This document shows, one piece after another, positions 1-9,119 of a stretch of DNA of 54,723 bases. Below the pieces are notes generated by a model. That model did no database searches. It was not told the DNA's origin and was given only the letters and a program-made list of their open reading frames with translations. The DNA is from a virus (taxonomy: Duplodnaviria > Caudoviricetes), in the IMG/VR virus record IMGVR_UViG_3300047288_000037, positions 1-54,723 of that record; one strand, written 5' to 3'. Each line of letters opens with the position of its first letter. The first letter of the stretch is position 1. The position numbers and the translations under genes are program-made.

Positions 1-546
1 ATTCATCACAGTCCACTGAGTACCGCCCGCGCCTTGCACTGGGGTAACGATTGCGGAGGCATCACCTAGGTTGGCAATACCAACTTGTGACGAACCCACC
101 GGAGTAGTAGCCGCAGATGTAGCATTGGCAGACATGGCAGGACCAGCATTAGCAGCACTGAAGTAACCGGACACACCGCCACCAATAGCACCCATCAGCA
201 TAGACTCACCAATTTTCTGTTTAGTAAGCAGGGCAGAGGCAGCACCAAGACCCGCACCGACAAGTGCAGAGCCTACAGTCGAAGCCGCAGTAGCACCAAT
301 CGTACCAGCCAGAGCTGTGGATAACCCGATACTTGCAGCGATAGACGGTGCTGCCATCGGGATAGCAATAGAGGCTGCAATCTTAACGATAGTCTTTAAG
401 CCCTTGGATTTTTCATAGTGCATCCCCAAGGCTTTAGTCATTTCTCTACGTGCGAATGGGGGGAGGTCACCACCAAATGCGTTAGGTGATAAATCAGGTA
501 TCCCCAAAGCCATCGCGTTACGGCTACTAAATGTTGTAGTATTCAT
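1..546 (-). CDS. N-terminal 182 aa of the first ejection/internal virion protein; continues across the window join into 53728..54714 (about 510 aa in total)
   Basis: Hand-translated open frame from ATG 546 (MNTTTFSSRN...GGTQWTVMN) with long Gly/Ala hydrophobic stretches. The last 3 codons (VMN) equal the first 3 codons of ORF 53728..54723 because of the 9-nt terminal overlap. Confidence 0.85.
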   Translation of the reverse strand, partial: MNTTTFSSRNAMALGIPDLSPNAFGGDLPPFARREMTKALGMHYEKSKGLKTIVKIAASIAIPMAAPSIAASIGLSTALAGTIGATAASTVGSALVGAGLGAASALLTKQKIGESMLMGAIGGGVSGYFSAANAGPAMSANATSAATTPVGSSQVGIANLGDASAIVTPVQGAGGTQWTVMN

Positions 547-1025
547 TTCATAATCTCCGATAAGTCCAAGCGCATCTGTGTATAAACTGGTTTAAACCCA
601 TAACGAGCGATAACACGTTGCATAGCTGGGGATACCATTCCCTCTAGTACACGTGCGCCGTTCATATAAGCCCAACCACACAGTTGCTTCCAGTATTTCT
701 CATGTAAAGCATCCAAGTCCATACCACCAATCGCCAAGATATTTAGGGATGGCAGTCTTGGGTAGCCACCCATCTCAAGAACCAAAGCAAAGATTACGCT
801 TTTCACTATGGTCGCATCGCTCTTAACGATAAAGACAAAAGCCTTACTCTGTAAGGCCGCATTGTAAATATCCTCAACGGTGTACTCTCCGTGTGTGGCC
901 TTGTTCACACACTTCATAAGAAGCGGCTTGGTAGCAGGCCAGTAAGTGTCGAAATGTTCCTTAGTGCTCAGTAGCAATGGCTCGTAAGCGTCTAGGGTCA
1001 TACCGTTGGGATATACTTTGCTCAT
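543..1025 (-). CDS. GNAT-fold-like virion assembly protein (position of T7 gp13 / P22 gp14)
   Basis: 160 aa; LNILAIGG and WAYMNGARVLEG...RYGFKPVY patterns; lies immediately before the ejection genes. Confidence 0.55.
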   Translation of the reverse strand: MSKVYPNGMTLDAYEPLLLSTKEHFDTYWPATKPLLMKCVNKATHGEYTVEDIYNAALQSKAFVFIVKSDATIVKSVIFALVLEMGGYPRLPSLNILAIGGMDLDALHEKYWKQLCGWAYMNGARVLEGMVSPAMQRVIARYGFKPVYTQMRLDLSEIMK

Positions 1026-1960
1026 TTCTTGTCGCTATATTTCTCTAACATTGAATCAAAGAACTCCTTGCCTTTCATCTTAACGACATGGGCAGGGATT
1101 ACGTATTCCCCAGATGATACTCGGATAGGAACGCTATCGCTAGTACCTGTACCCGGACCTTTTACTGGACCACCTGATGAACCATCTGTATACGGGGTTA
1201 CTTCGCCACCCATAGCAAAGTTACGTGGCTCTGGCTCAGCAGCAGGCTGGCCTGATTTCAATGCACGTGCGACCAGAATCAGTACGTAAATCAAACCTTC
1301 ATCGTACTCAGGTGATAAATCCTGTTCTGTTGCTAGACCTTGCTGGATTGCATAGTTGCGGATATAAGGGTACATATCCGGGTTTTGTAGAGCAGTAGTA
1401 GCCAGTTGCTCAACCATGTTGAGTTCTTGTTGTGATAATTCACCAGTGGAAATCAAGTACTGAACTACTTGTTTGAACTCAGCAACTTCTTGCTGGTTGT
1501 TTCGTAAGAACTCTTGGATGTTCATTTCCATAATCTCAGGAGTCATACGTTTGTTTGGGCTCATGCCTGTCTGTACACCAACGCCAGTAGCTGGAGGCAT
1601 ATTACCCATACCACTCACGCCTGTCATATCTGGCATACCGCCAACACCTACCATACCACCCTGAGCATATGTAGGTTGCAAGTTAATATCAAACGCCGGA
1701 GCGTTTTGGTTTGTAGCCGTAGTACCCATCGGGATTGTACCGATAGCCTGCTGGTTAATTGCAGGCATAGCACCTTGGTTCATTAAACCATCTAGGTCGG
1801 GCGGTAAATCTAACGAGGTAGATGTAGGTGTAGCACCAGTTTGTGGTGTTTGGGCCATACCACCTTGAGGGGCCATAGTAGGAGCGGCTAGTCCTACCCT
1901 TGTTGGTATTGGTGCTGGTCGAGCATCTGAGCTACCGCCGCCAAATAATGGGAAATTCAT
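1022..1960 (-). CDS. Putative internal virion protein with C-terminal GPGTGTSDS...GEYVIP motif
   Basis: 312 aa; low-complexity Q/M/P/G N-half, YAQGG and FAMGG motifs, C-terminal GGPVKGPGTGTSDSVPIRVSSGEYVIPAHVV. Confidence 0.6.
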   Translation of the reverse strand: MNFPLFGGGSSDARPAPIPTRVGLAAPTMAPQGGMAQTPQTGATPTSTSLDLPPDLDGLMNQGAMPAINQQAIGTIPMGTTATNQNAPAFDINLQPTYAQGGMVGVGGMPDMTGVSGMGNMPPATGVGVQTGMSPNKRMTPEIMEMNIQEFLRNNQQEVAEFKQVVQYLISTGELSQQELNMVEQLATTALQNPDMYPYIRNYAIQQGLATEQDLSPEYDEGLIYVLILVARALKSGQPAAEPEPRNFAMGGEVTPYTDGSSGGPVKGPGTGTSDSVPIRVSSGEYVIPAHVVKMKGKEFFDSMLEKYSDKK

Positions 1961-1963
1961 CTT

Positions 1964-2311
1964 CTATCCTTTCAACTGCGTAATAAGCGTGTTCAACATT
2001 TGTCGCATAATAGCTACGTCATTTGCCAGTAGCTGGACATCATTTATCAGCTTACCAACATCCTCAAGTGCAGCCACGTTTACACCGTCAATCGTGAACC
2101 CAGCACCTGTCGCAGATACCCTCGTAAACGTAGGGTCATCATACGTCTTTATTGAAATCCTGTCATCTGTAATTGCACGACTGGCATTATCTGTTTCACC
2201 CCTAATACCGCATAGGAGTTCTACGTTTTCTTTAATCCTGTTCAGTACCTGCCCTTGCCAATCACTAATATCAGCAGTAGGGATAGTAGGAATCGCTGTA
2301 AATCTAGGCAT
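1964..2311 (-). CDS. Tail-associated coiled-coil protein (needle/plug-like)
   Basis: 115 aa directly after the nozzle gene; C-terminal heptad pattern LINDVQLLANDVAIMRQMLNTL. Confidence 0.5.
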   Translation of the reverse strand: MPRFTAIPTIPTADISDWQGQVLNRIKENVELLCGIRGETDNASRAITDDRISIKTYDDPTFTRVSATGAGFTIDGVNVAALEDVGKLINDVQLLANDVAIMRQMLNTLITQLKG

Positions 2312-4671
2312 TATGCTGTCCTCAACCCATAAGGTGTCTCGCCAATATGAATAGCCCGAATCCGCGCAGACCCAGACACAGCAACCTCAAATGTATCTGA
2401 GCGATACCCACTAGGCAATCGGAAGATTTCACTGTTATACAATACACCTTGAAATACAAGCTGCTTGTTAACCCACAGGCGGAATACAACAGGTAATGCA
2501 ACTGGCAATGGCTTCTTATATATAGTGACTGGGTCACCGTTAACCATCATGGAGTTAAAACTACCCGGAACATTTACCCGTTCAAGAGCATCATTGATGT
2601 AATCATGCGGCCCGTTAACAGTACCTAGTTGCAATAACTCAGCCCACAGAGGGGCATTATAAATTGGCACTGTTTCGTTGTAGGCATTGATAATATCAAT
2701 CTCATCATCAGGCACATCGTAGTCGGCAATTACACGAGCCGCACCCAGATTCATGTAATCCTTAGTAACAATGACTTTGGACTTCCATTCAAGAGGCGAT
2801 AGAGGCTGTGTAGGGTTATCCCACTGATAAATACTACCGGTTGTATCAGCTGCAAAATAAAGTTTATTGGTCAAGCTATCTACTACAGTTGCGGAAAACT
2901 TGTACTGTGTTTGTACAAAGAACCCGCCGATACGTTCATCACGCTCAAACACAAACGCTCCCCGGCTATGGCTTGCGTGATACTTACCATTATAGAAAGT
3001 AGCTACTACAGTGGTTGGGTCTAAAGCTTCAAGCCATGTATCCCAGTCATGCACGAGTTTGGTTACAAGGTCCATACCTGCATTAGGAGCATAGACCGCA
3101 ATACCACCATGGGAAGCATAGGCTGCACCGTAACCCATATTTACAATAGACCGCTTAGATAGGCATGGATATGGCGTATCAATACGGTTAAACACCATAG
3201 TAGCAGGACTATTTCCAGATACTTGATATGGATACCCTTCAGTTAGTACAAGGATATACCCCATAACTGCAACAACACCAACTACGTTATCTTCGAACGT
3301 CAGTGCGTATTTTGCAGGCCATGCGTGTGGTTTATCAGGCTCGGAAAAGTAAACTTGGTTTCCAGTAAACCCAACATAAATACTATTTTGAGCTACAACG
3401 ATACCTTGAAGGTCACTTGGAGGCGGGTCATAGTCATTAGTAGATAACAAGTCAAACAAGTTTGATGTATCAAAATCATCTATAAATGAGTAGCTACCAT
3501 CGCCCCAGTACCTAGCAGCACTTGAACTTGTTTCAGATACGTCATGGTATAGTGTACCGGCGGTTTCTGATTTATCGGCTACATTAGACCCAGCTTGTGA
3601 GTATTCAAAAGTTTCATCATCTATAACATCGGTAACTATACCATCGGTAATATTAAACGTAGTATCAGTACATCCTGAGATTTTAAATCTATCCCCAACA
3701 CCTAGCCTATGAGGATTTGAAAGTTGTACTCTTGACGTGCCGCTACTACGGCTGACTCTAGCTAATGAGGTAGGAAACCATAAAGTAGCCAACCGATAAT
3801 ACGCAGTATCATTTAGATTAGCTAGTGTCCTATACAAACGTACACCACGGACAAAGTTCTTACCAGCTGGTTTACCTGTAGGGATATTAGTTACTGTTAC
3901 TATCTGTCCGTCTTTAATATATAGCGTAGTAGATGGGTCAGATGCAATAGATTCTTCACCCCATCCTGTCATCCATGTATAGACATAAGACCTAGGTATA
4001 GTATTCCCAGCTAAAGTAACTTTACCAGTAGTTTGAGTTGACGTTGCGGCATTACCCGGACTAAAGTACGAAAACTGTGTGCTACTAAGAACTGTAACTT
4101 TAGCGTTTACGGCGTTAAATCCAATTTCACCAGCAGTAAAACCTGTAATAGAGGCAACATTTCCAGAGCGTAACCCATGGGCAGCACTTGTGGTTGCCGT
4201 TACAGTATCGCTAGTATCACGTACACAGCTTGATATAATTGCATTAGGCAGTGCCGCCGCAGTAGGTGTAACTACAGTTGTAGGTAACGGAAGACCTAGT
4301 TCATAGTAATCACGTGGATATGGAAGTCCACCAGTAGTAGCAAGTTTATAGTTGCTAACCTTAGGAACTCCGTCACCAGTGTAATAAAACCGCTGTTCAT
4401 TATCAGATGAGGCTGCACCAAGAGCAACGTCAACTTCTTGATTCCAGCTAAGAAATACGGGGTCATTTGTTACTGGGTCATGCAGAATATGAAGGGTTTT
4501 AACTTCACCGTTCCTACCAGAATTAGTTATGATAACTGGTGCTCGATATGGGATGAGGTCGCCAGAATATAGCTTGGCGTTAACTGTAAGTTGTGCTGAA
4601 GAATCGGGAAGAAGCTCCGGAGAAATCTTCGGGGCTTCGCCTAAGAATTTAATTATTTTAACCGCAGCCAT
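2311..4671 (-). CDS. Tail nozzle / tubular protein B (P22 gp10 / T7 gp12-like)
   Basis: 786 aa, beta-rich; VYFSEPDKPHAWP, CLSKRSIV and EWKSK motifs typical of podovirus nozzle proteins. Confidence 0.7.
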   Translation of the reverse strand: MAAVKIIKFLGEAPKISPELLPDSSAQLTVNAKLYSGDLIPYRAPVIITNSGRNGEVKTLHILHDPVTNDPVFLSWNQEVDVALGAASSDNEQRFYYTGDGVPKVSNYKLATTGGLPYPRDYYELGLPLPTTVVTPTAAALPNAIISSCVRDTSDTVTATTSAAHGLRSGNVASITGFTAGEIGFNAVNAKVTVLSSTQFSYFSPGNAATSTQTTGKVTLAGNTIPRSYVYTWMTGWGEESIASDPSTTLYIKDGQIVTVTNIPTGKPAGKNFVRGVRLYRTLANLNDTAYYRLATLWFPTSLARVSRSSGTSRVQLSNPHRLGVGDRFKISGCTDTTFNITDGIVTDVIDDETFEYSQAGSNVADKSETAGTLYHDVSETSSSAARYWGDGSYSFIDDFDTSNLFDLLSTNDYDPPPSDLQGIVVAQNSIYVGFTGNQVYFSEPDKPHAWPAKYALTFEDNVVGVVAVMGYILVLTEGYPYQVSGNSPATMVFNRIDTPYPCLSKRSIVNMGYGAAYASHGGIAVYAPNAGMDLVTKLVHDWDTWLEALDPTTVVATFYNGKYHASHSRGAFVFERDERIGGFFVQTQYKFSATVVDSLTNKLYFAADTTGSIYQWDNPTQPLSPLEWKSKVIVTKDYMNLGAARVIADYDVPDDEIDIINAYNETVPIYNAPLWAELLQLGTVNGPHDYINDALERVNVPGSFNSMMVNGDPVTIYKKPLPVALPVVFRLWVNKQLVFQGVLYNSEIFRLPSGYRSDTFEVAVSGSARIRAIHIGETPYGLRTA

Positions 4672-4675
4672 AATA

Positions 4676-4852
4676 CTATCCTTTAGGCTCTTTCACTGAG
4701 TTCATACTATCGAGTACGGCTTTAGTCTGGTCAATCAGAACTGGCAGGTCACCCTCAATAATTTCAGGTTCTTCCACGATTATACCACCAACTGGAATAG
4801 TTTCACTACGAGCAAAAAACCCGTTCGGATACATAACCAATGGCATCTTCAT
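4676..4852 (-). CDS. Small hypothetical protein (58 aa)
   Basis: Hand-translated MKMPLVMYPNGFF...KEPKG; ATGA overlap with the o-spanin stop; fills the gap to the nozzle gene. Confidence 0.55.
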   Translation of the reverse strand: MKMPLVMYPNGFFARSETIPVGGIIVEEPEIIEGDLPVLIDQTKAVLDSMNSVKEPKG

Positions 4853-5055
4853 CGTTCATACCCTCGTTCTAGTTCCATAATGTAAATACCGAGCTCAGTA
4901 GCGTTCTGCTTATCTAAACAGATTCCACCAGATGGCTCAGGCCTTACCAATAGTATCGGTTTTGTTGGTTTTATCGGCATCGTTTGATTGCACCCCACCA
5001 CCGAAATGGTCACGAAACCAACTATCAGGTGTCTGCTCAAGTTTTGTACGTTCAT
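4849..5055 (-). CDS. o-spanin (Rz1-like outer-membrane lipoprotein)
   Basis: Signal peptide with lipobox-like VVG-C, Pro-rich mature part; overlaps the i-spanin in another frame. Confidence 0.7.
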   Translation of the reverse strand: MNVQNLSRHLIVGFVTISVVGCNQTMPIKPTKPILLVRPEPSGGICLDKQNATELGIYIMELERGYER

Positions 5056-5128
5056 TCTGAGCCTTCCTTACCTTAATGGCTGTCAGAATCTCATCCAACA
5101 GCCTAATGATAATTTCAACTACCTTCAT
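4937..5128 (-). CDS. Putative very short i-spanin (Rz-like)
   Basis: 63 aa, amphipathic N-terminus, follows the holin and is overlapped by the lipoprotein ORF. Confidence 0.5.
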   Translation of the reverse strand: MKVVEIIIRLLDEILTAIKVRKAQNERTKLEQTPDSWFRDHFGGGVQSNDADKTNKTDTIGKA

Positions 5129-5319
5129 GTTCCGATGCGCTTAGTGGCTCTGATACGACCCCAAAGGGCTAAGCCATCGCCTACAAACGAAGCTATAGCT
5201 TCAGCCAACCCGCCAGTATCACCAAGGTCATATCCTTTAATGTAGGCAATCTTACCGACTATAGATAAAGCGATTCCCCAGAACGTAACAGAACTCAATA
5301 AACCTTTTGCTTCTTCCAT
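5125..5319 (-). CDS. Putative holin
   Basis: 64 aa, two hydrophobic segments and a basic C-terminus (WGRIRATKRIG); adjacent to the endolysin. Confidence 0.6.
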   Translation of the reverse strand: MEEAKGLLSSVTFWGIALSIVGKIAYIKGYDLGDTGGLAEAIASFVGDGLALWGRIRATKRIGT

Positions 5320-5322
5320 GAC

Positions 5323-5772
5323 TTACTCCTTTTTACTAACATCACTAACACCAAATTTGCCAGTCCATGTACCGTATAGGAATACTTTTTGTGGCAACCC
5401 AAACCCTACTCGCCAATCTACATGACAAAACCCGTCATGAAGCCCTACGCTAAATCCTAGGGAGTAAGCGAGTCTGGCAAACTTCAACTGACTATCGGCA
5501 GCCCAACTACGCCATCGAATATCTGCTGCTGCGCTACCTAGCGTGTTATGCTTGGGGTTTACTGTCAGATGTAACGAACTTGGATGTCCCTTCTCAGCTG
5601 TATTATGCGCCGGACTCCGGCACACACTATTAAGCGTTAATGGCTGCCCCCACTTCAGTCGTAGGAACGGTAAGGCAGCAGCAAACTGCGGGTCTATTAC
5701 TATTACCCCGGACCCTTTACACTGTAATTCACTGGCCCCAAAATACGGTAGCTCTTTAGTCCATGCTTTCAT
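5323..5772 (-). CDS. Endolysin, peptidase M15 family (Zn, Hedgehog/DD-peptidase fold)
   Basis: YF..ELQCK, SVCRSPAHN, SSLHL, AADI and FCHVD motifs. Confidence 0.85.
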   Translation of the reverse strand: MKAWTKELPYFGASELQCKGSGVIVIDPQFAAALPFLRLKWGQPLTLNSVCRSPAHNTAEKGHPSSLHLTVNPKHNTLGSAAADIRWRSWAADSQLKFARLAYSLGFSVGLHDGFCHVDWRVGFGLPQKVFLYGTWTGKFGVSDVSKKE

Positions 5773-5774
5773 AA

Positions 5775-6092
5775 TTACCTCGATGCAAAAAATGCTGCCG
5801 TCAGTGCCCCTGCTACAAGAATCATAACGATTTTATCAACCCATGTTGATGACCCATTATGTGTAGCTTGTGCGGTTTCAACTGTGGCAACGCGGCGTTC
5901 GATGCTAGTTTGTTCTTCATCGTATTTATCCATACGTTTAAACAGTGTAATCATACGTTCTTCCATTCTGGCAAGTGATACGATAGCCTCACTCATCTTA
6001 TCCAGCTTACCTTCAATTCTGTCAAGACGGTCTGTACTATCTCCATCGTGACGCCTATCGCTACCTGTTCGTCTTTCTACTGACATACTCAC
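5775..6092 (-). CDS. Membrane-anchored coiled-coil lysis-region protein (holin/antiholin-like)
   Basis: RLDRIEGKLDKM coiled coil plus C-terminal TM (IVMILVAGALTAAFF); directly upstream of the endolysin. Confidence 0.55.
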   Translation of the reverse strand: MSMSVERRTGSDRRHDGDSTDRLDRIEGKLDKMSEAIVSLARMEERMITLFKRMDKYDEEQTSIERRVATVETAQATHNGSSTWVDKIVMILVAGALTAAFFASR

Positions 6093-6136
6093 TCACCTTT
6101 CTGGTCATATTATTACTTTAGCACCTCTTATTGGGG

Positions 6137-6361
6137 CTATACTGGAAACTTACTTATCAACTCTCTGGCATACCTAACATCATTGTAGTGCGAGTTTTTG
6201 CAGTGGTCTTTATCAAACCATAGTACTGTGTCTATAACCTTGTACCATATTGACTTGGTGCGCCATGCGCGACCACTAAGGCTTTCATTAGGATGCCCGT
6301 TTAAAAAAACTACATTAGCCAACTGGCTAGTAGCGTCACCTATCTTTACAAACCACTTCAT
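6137..6361 (-). CDS. Small phage protein (SQLAN...NESLSGRAW...HC type)
   Basis: 74 aa between tail and lysis genes; motif pattern recalled from other phages. Confidence 0.6.
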   Translation of the reverse strand: MKWFVKIGDATSQLANVVFLNGHPNESLSGRAWRTKSIWYKVIDTVLWFDKDHCKNSHYNDVRYARELISKFPV

Positions 6362-6702
6362 AGTGTGCTCGCCAATAAGAATAGTGAATCAAGCTGCGAA
6401 CTGGACAACCCTAGGGCCGCTGCCATATTGGATACAAGCGAATCCCCACGATTTACTTCTGTAGCATATTCCCATGTAATCTGGTCAGCACGAGACCCAT
6501 TCTCAACAGCCGACTCAACTAAATCTAAAACCCCAAACTGCAATAAGGCAAGTCTAGCCTGACGCATTGACACAACTGATGGGATTCTAAGCCGTTCTTG
6601 CTCGGCAATAGCATCTTTTTCCTCTTGCGTGAGGTAGTGCTTAATCTCTTTAACCTCACCAGTCTTAGAGTCTTTTTCGTAAAAAACGACAAAATCATCC
6701 AT
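6358..6702 (-). CDS. Tail-fibre-associated / assembly protein
   Basis: VSMRQARLAL...WEYATEV.R...LGLS..QLDSLF pattern, typically found after tail fibre genes. Confidence 0.6.
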   Translation of the reverse strand: MDDFVVFYEKDSKTGEVKEIKHYLTQEEKDAIAEQERLRIPSVVSMRQARLALLQFGVLDLVESAVENGSRADQITWEYATEVNRGDSLVSNMAAALGLSSSQLDSLFLLASTL

Positions 6703-6703
6703 G

Positions 6704-7588
6704 TTATTTCACCCCGTAAATTGTGAACTTCCCACCAGACAAGTTATAGTTACCAGAGGCAAGTCTAAAGTAAATTGTGGTAGTGCTATTGGTAATGTTT
6801 GTTCTTACCTCGACACCTGCTGCACCAAGTTTTCCAACCACATTGCCGTAAAGCAATTCGATTTGTACTGAACCAGCTCTGCCCGGAGTGGCTCCTGAAG
6901 CACCAGCTGTACCTAGCAATTGGCCGCCTTGATATGACTCAGTATTGGCATTGTTGGATGATATGTAAAATGCCCAGCCACTCGCGCTGCATCTAATGTC
7001 CACATAAGTCACCAGCAGCGTTTTATACTCAGTCAAATCAAGTTCGCTTAGACTTACAGAGTTACCAGAGGATGCGGCAACAGTACCAAGTAGTGTGTAA
7101 CTATCAGTGTTTATTTCTGGGAACGGCTGGCTACTCCATGTTGTCCCACTAGACCTTAGGATATTTCCAGATGTGCCGGGCGCAATTTCACCTATTGCTG
7201 TCGTGCCATTTCCTACTAATAGAGAGTTTGTGGTTAATGTATTCTTACCAGTGCCTCCACGGGCGACAGTAGTAACGGTCTCAAGGTCAACTTTCTCGTT
7301 GAACAACGCAGCTACAGGGCGGAGTTCTAGGCGGTCATTAAGTGCATACGATTTAGCTGTAGTCCCATCTTGGGCTCGTACGATTGTCATTGAGTCTACA
7401 GAACGGGCCGTAACCTTAACAATCTCAAGGTTGTTGCTTGTATCTACAAGCGTTGCATAGAAATAGTCCCCAGCACCAAGTGCTGGAAACCTTGCACCCT
7501 CGCCAGAGTTTAGCGTAAGGGTGGTCGCCGTATTCGTAATACTGGCACTTAATGTACCGTATGCGTTATTCGTAACTTTAGCTGCCAT
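6704..7588 (-). CDS. Tail fibre / receptor-binding protein A
   Basis: 294 aa; N-terminal EIVKVTAR..D.MTIVRAQDGT anchor, VARGGTG and LLVGNGT shaft repeats, C-terminal FTIYGVK head. Confidence 0.75.
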   Translation of the reverse strand: MAAKVTNNAYGTLSASITNTATTLTLNSGEGARFPALGAGDYFYATLVDTSNNLEIVKVTARSVDSMTIVRAQDGTTAKSYALNDRLELRPVAALFNEKVDLETVTTVARGGTGKNTLTTNSLLVGNGTTAIGEIAPGTSGNILRSSGTTWSSQPFPEINTDSYTLLGTVAASSGNSVSLSELDLTEYKTLLVTYVDIRCSASGWAFYISSNNANTESYQGGQLLGTAGASGATPGRAGSVQIELLYGNVVGKLGAAGVEVRTNITNSTTTIYFRLASGNYNLSGGKFTIYGVK

Positions 7589-7600
7589 GATTATTCCTTA

Positions 7601-8665
7601 CTACCAATTTTGTAGATTGAGTCGTTTCCACGTATTTGTTGCAATACAGACATACACATAATTAGAATCAAATGCTATCCAGCCAGCAGTACCAGTATCC
7701 GATGAGGTAGCTGGCACAGTAGCAGTAATATTGAGTCTGCCGTTTTTCCATAGGGAAGATGCTGCGTCATACTGGAGTACATGCTTATCGGCTTTGGTTC
7801 CCATCAGCACATCATGCAGCTCATCAAGTTCGTACCCGTTCATGACATCTACAAAGATGACGCCAGTGGTTGAATTGCTTACTATGCAATACCCAACCTT
7901 TACAAGATGTTCGGGAGCTACAGGTTTAACATCAGTCATTGTTCCGGGAGTTGACCCTACATAAAGCGGTGCACCCTCAATAAACATTGATGTATCAATA
8001 TTGCGTACAAGGCCATACGTAGTAACGTACCCTTCAAGTCCGGCGGATATGTTCTCCGTTATGACGCCAAATGTAGCAGCGGATGTTCCTTCGGCAGTGG
8101 ACGATGCTTTGGCTACAGTCTTGCGACCAAACTCGGCACCAGTCGTATACACAACCTGACCTTCTAACAAGGCAGCACCAGTATCGTTGTATATACGCTG
8201 CACCATCTCCTGACCAACTTGTAGTGTTACTGCGCCACCTTTTAATCCTAGGTCTATCGTACCATCTGTGTCGTTCCATTTAGCACGACCAGCTAATCCG
8301 GGTGTAGGTCCAAAGTCTACGTAATCGGTGACGTGAATCTTACTAGCTTCACCTGAAGTTGCATCTAACTTCTCGTTGAACAAAGCTGTAACCATGCGTT
8401 GCTCTATGCGGTCACCCACAAGATACGCACGTGCTGTTGTACCATCCTGACCGCGAACTACTGTCAAGATGTCGGATACCCTAGCTGTTACTTTGACTAC
8501 CTCAAGGTTGTTGTTCACATCCACAAGGGTAGCGTAAAAATACTCACCGGCAGCCAGTGACGGGAACTGAGCCCCGTTACCGGTTGCTAAGGTGATGGTA
8601 ACATCAGAGGCACTAATACTTGCCAGTAACGTGCCGTAAGCATTGTTTTTGAGTTTAGCACCCAT
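7601..8665 (-). CDS. Tail fibre / receptor-binding protein B
   Basis: 354 aa; first ~100 aa paralogous to fibre A; LDELHDV...VLQYD..LWKNG and C-terminal YVYVCIATNTWKR motifs. Confidence 0.75.
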   Translation of the reverse strand: MGAKLKNNAYGTLLASISASDVTITLATGNGAQFPSLAAGEYFYATLVDVNNNLEVVKVTARVSDILTVVRGQDGTTARAYLVGDRIEQRMVTALFNEKLDATSGEASKIHVTDYVDFGPTPGLAGRAKWNDTDGTIDLGLKGGAVTLQVGQEMVQRIYNDTGAALLEGQVVYTTGAEFGRKTVAKASSTAEGTSAATFGVITENISAGLEGYVTTYGLVRNIDTSMFIEGAPLYVGSTPGTMTDVKPVAPEHLVKVGYCIVSNSTTGVIFVDVMNGYELDELHDVLMGTKADKHVLQYDAASSLWKNGRLNITATVPATSSDTGTAGWIAFDSNYVYVCIATNTWKRLNLQNW

Positions 8666-9111
8666 TATGCGTACCTCCAGTGCTGCGCGTTTTTAATACG
8701 CTGAATTGTTTTACGCGACACTTGGAACTCCTCAGCTATCAAATGTAGAGGTCTATAATCGTCTATCAATAGTTGCTTAATTCTTTTAGCCTGCTCCGGC
8801 GTTAAAACTTTCCCTGCTCGCAACTTTTTGGCCTTATCCTCATGGTTATCCGCGTCAGTACCTAAGAACAAATGGTCAGGGTTCACACACGCCGGGTTAT
8901 CGCACTTATGGCATACATGGAATCCAGTAGGGTTACCCTTTATGAGTTCGTATGCAACACGATGAGCTGGTACGGAAGACCCTAAAAATTTAAATCGCCC
9001 ATACCCAGAAGGAACTTTAGCCCCCATCCATAGCCAGCAGCCAGCCTGCTTCTGAACATAGTACCAAAAGCGTTGGTCATCCGACATATTTATCGTGTCC
9101 CACTTACTCAT
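8665..9111 (-). mobile_element. Free-standing HNH homing endonuclease 1
   Basis: CWLWMG, AHRVAY, VCHKCDNPACVNPDHL.LGT..DN motifs and a C-terminal HTH. Start placed at ATG 9111 (ORF track extends to 9141). Confidence 0.9.
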
Positions 9112-9119
9112 TGCTATAC

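Noticed and set aside
6704-8665. Diversity-generating retroelement or invertase-based tail switching
   Set aside because: No reverse transcriptase, template/variable repeat pair, recombinase or inverted crossover sites seen.
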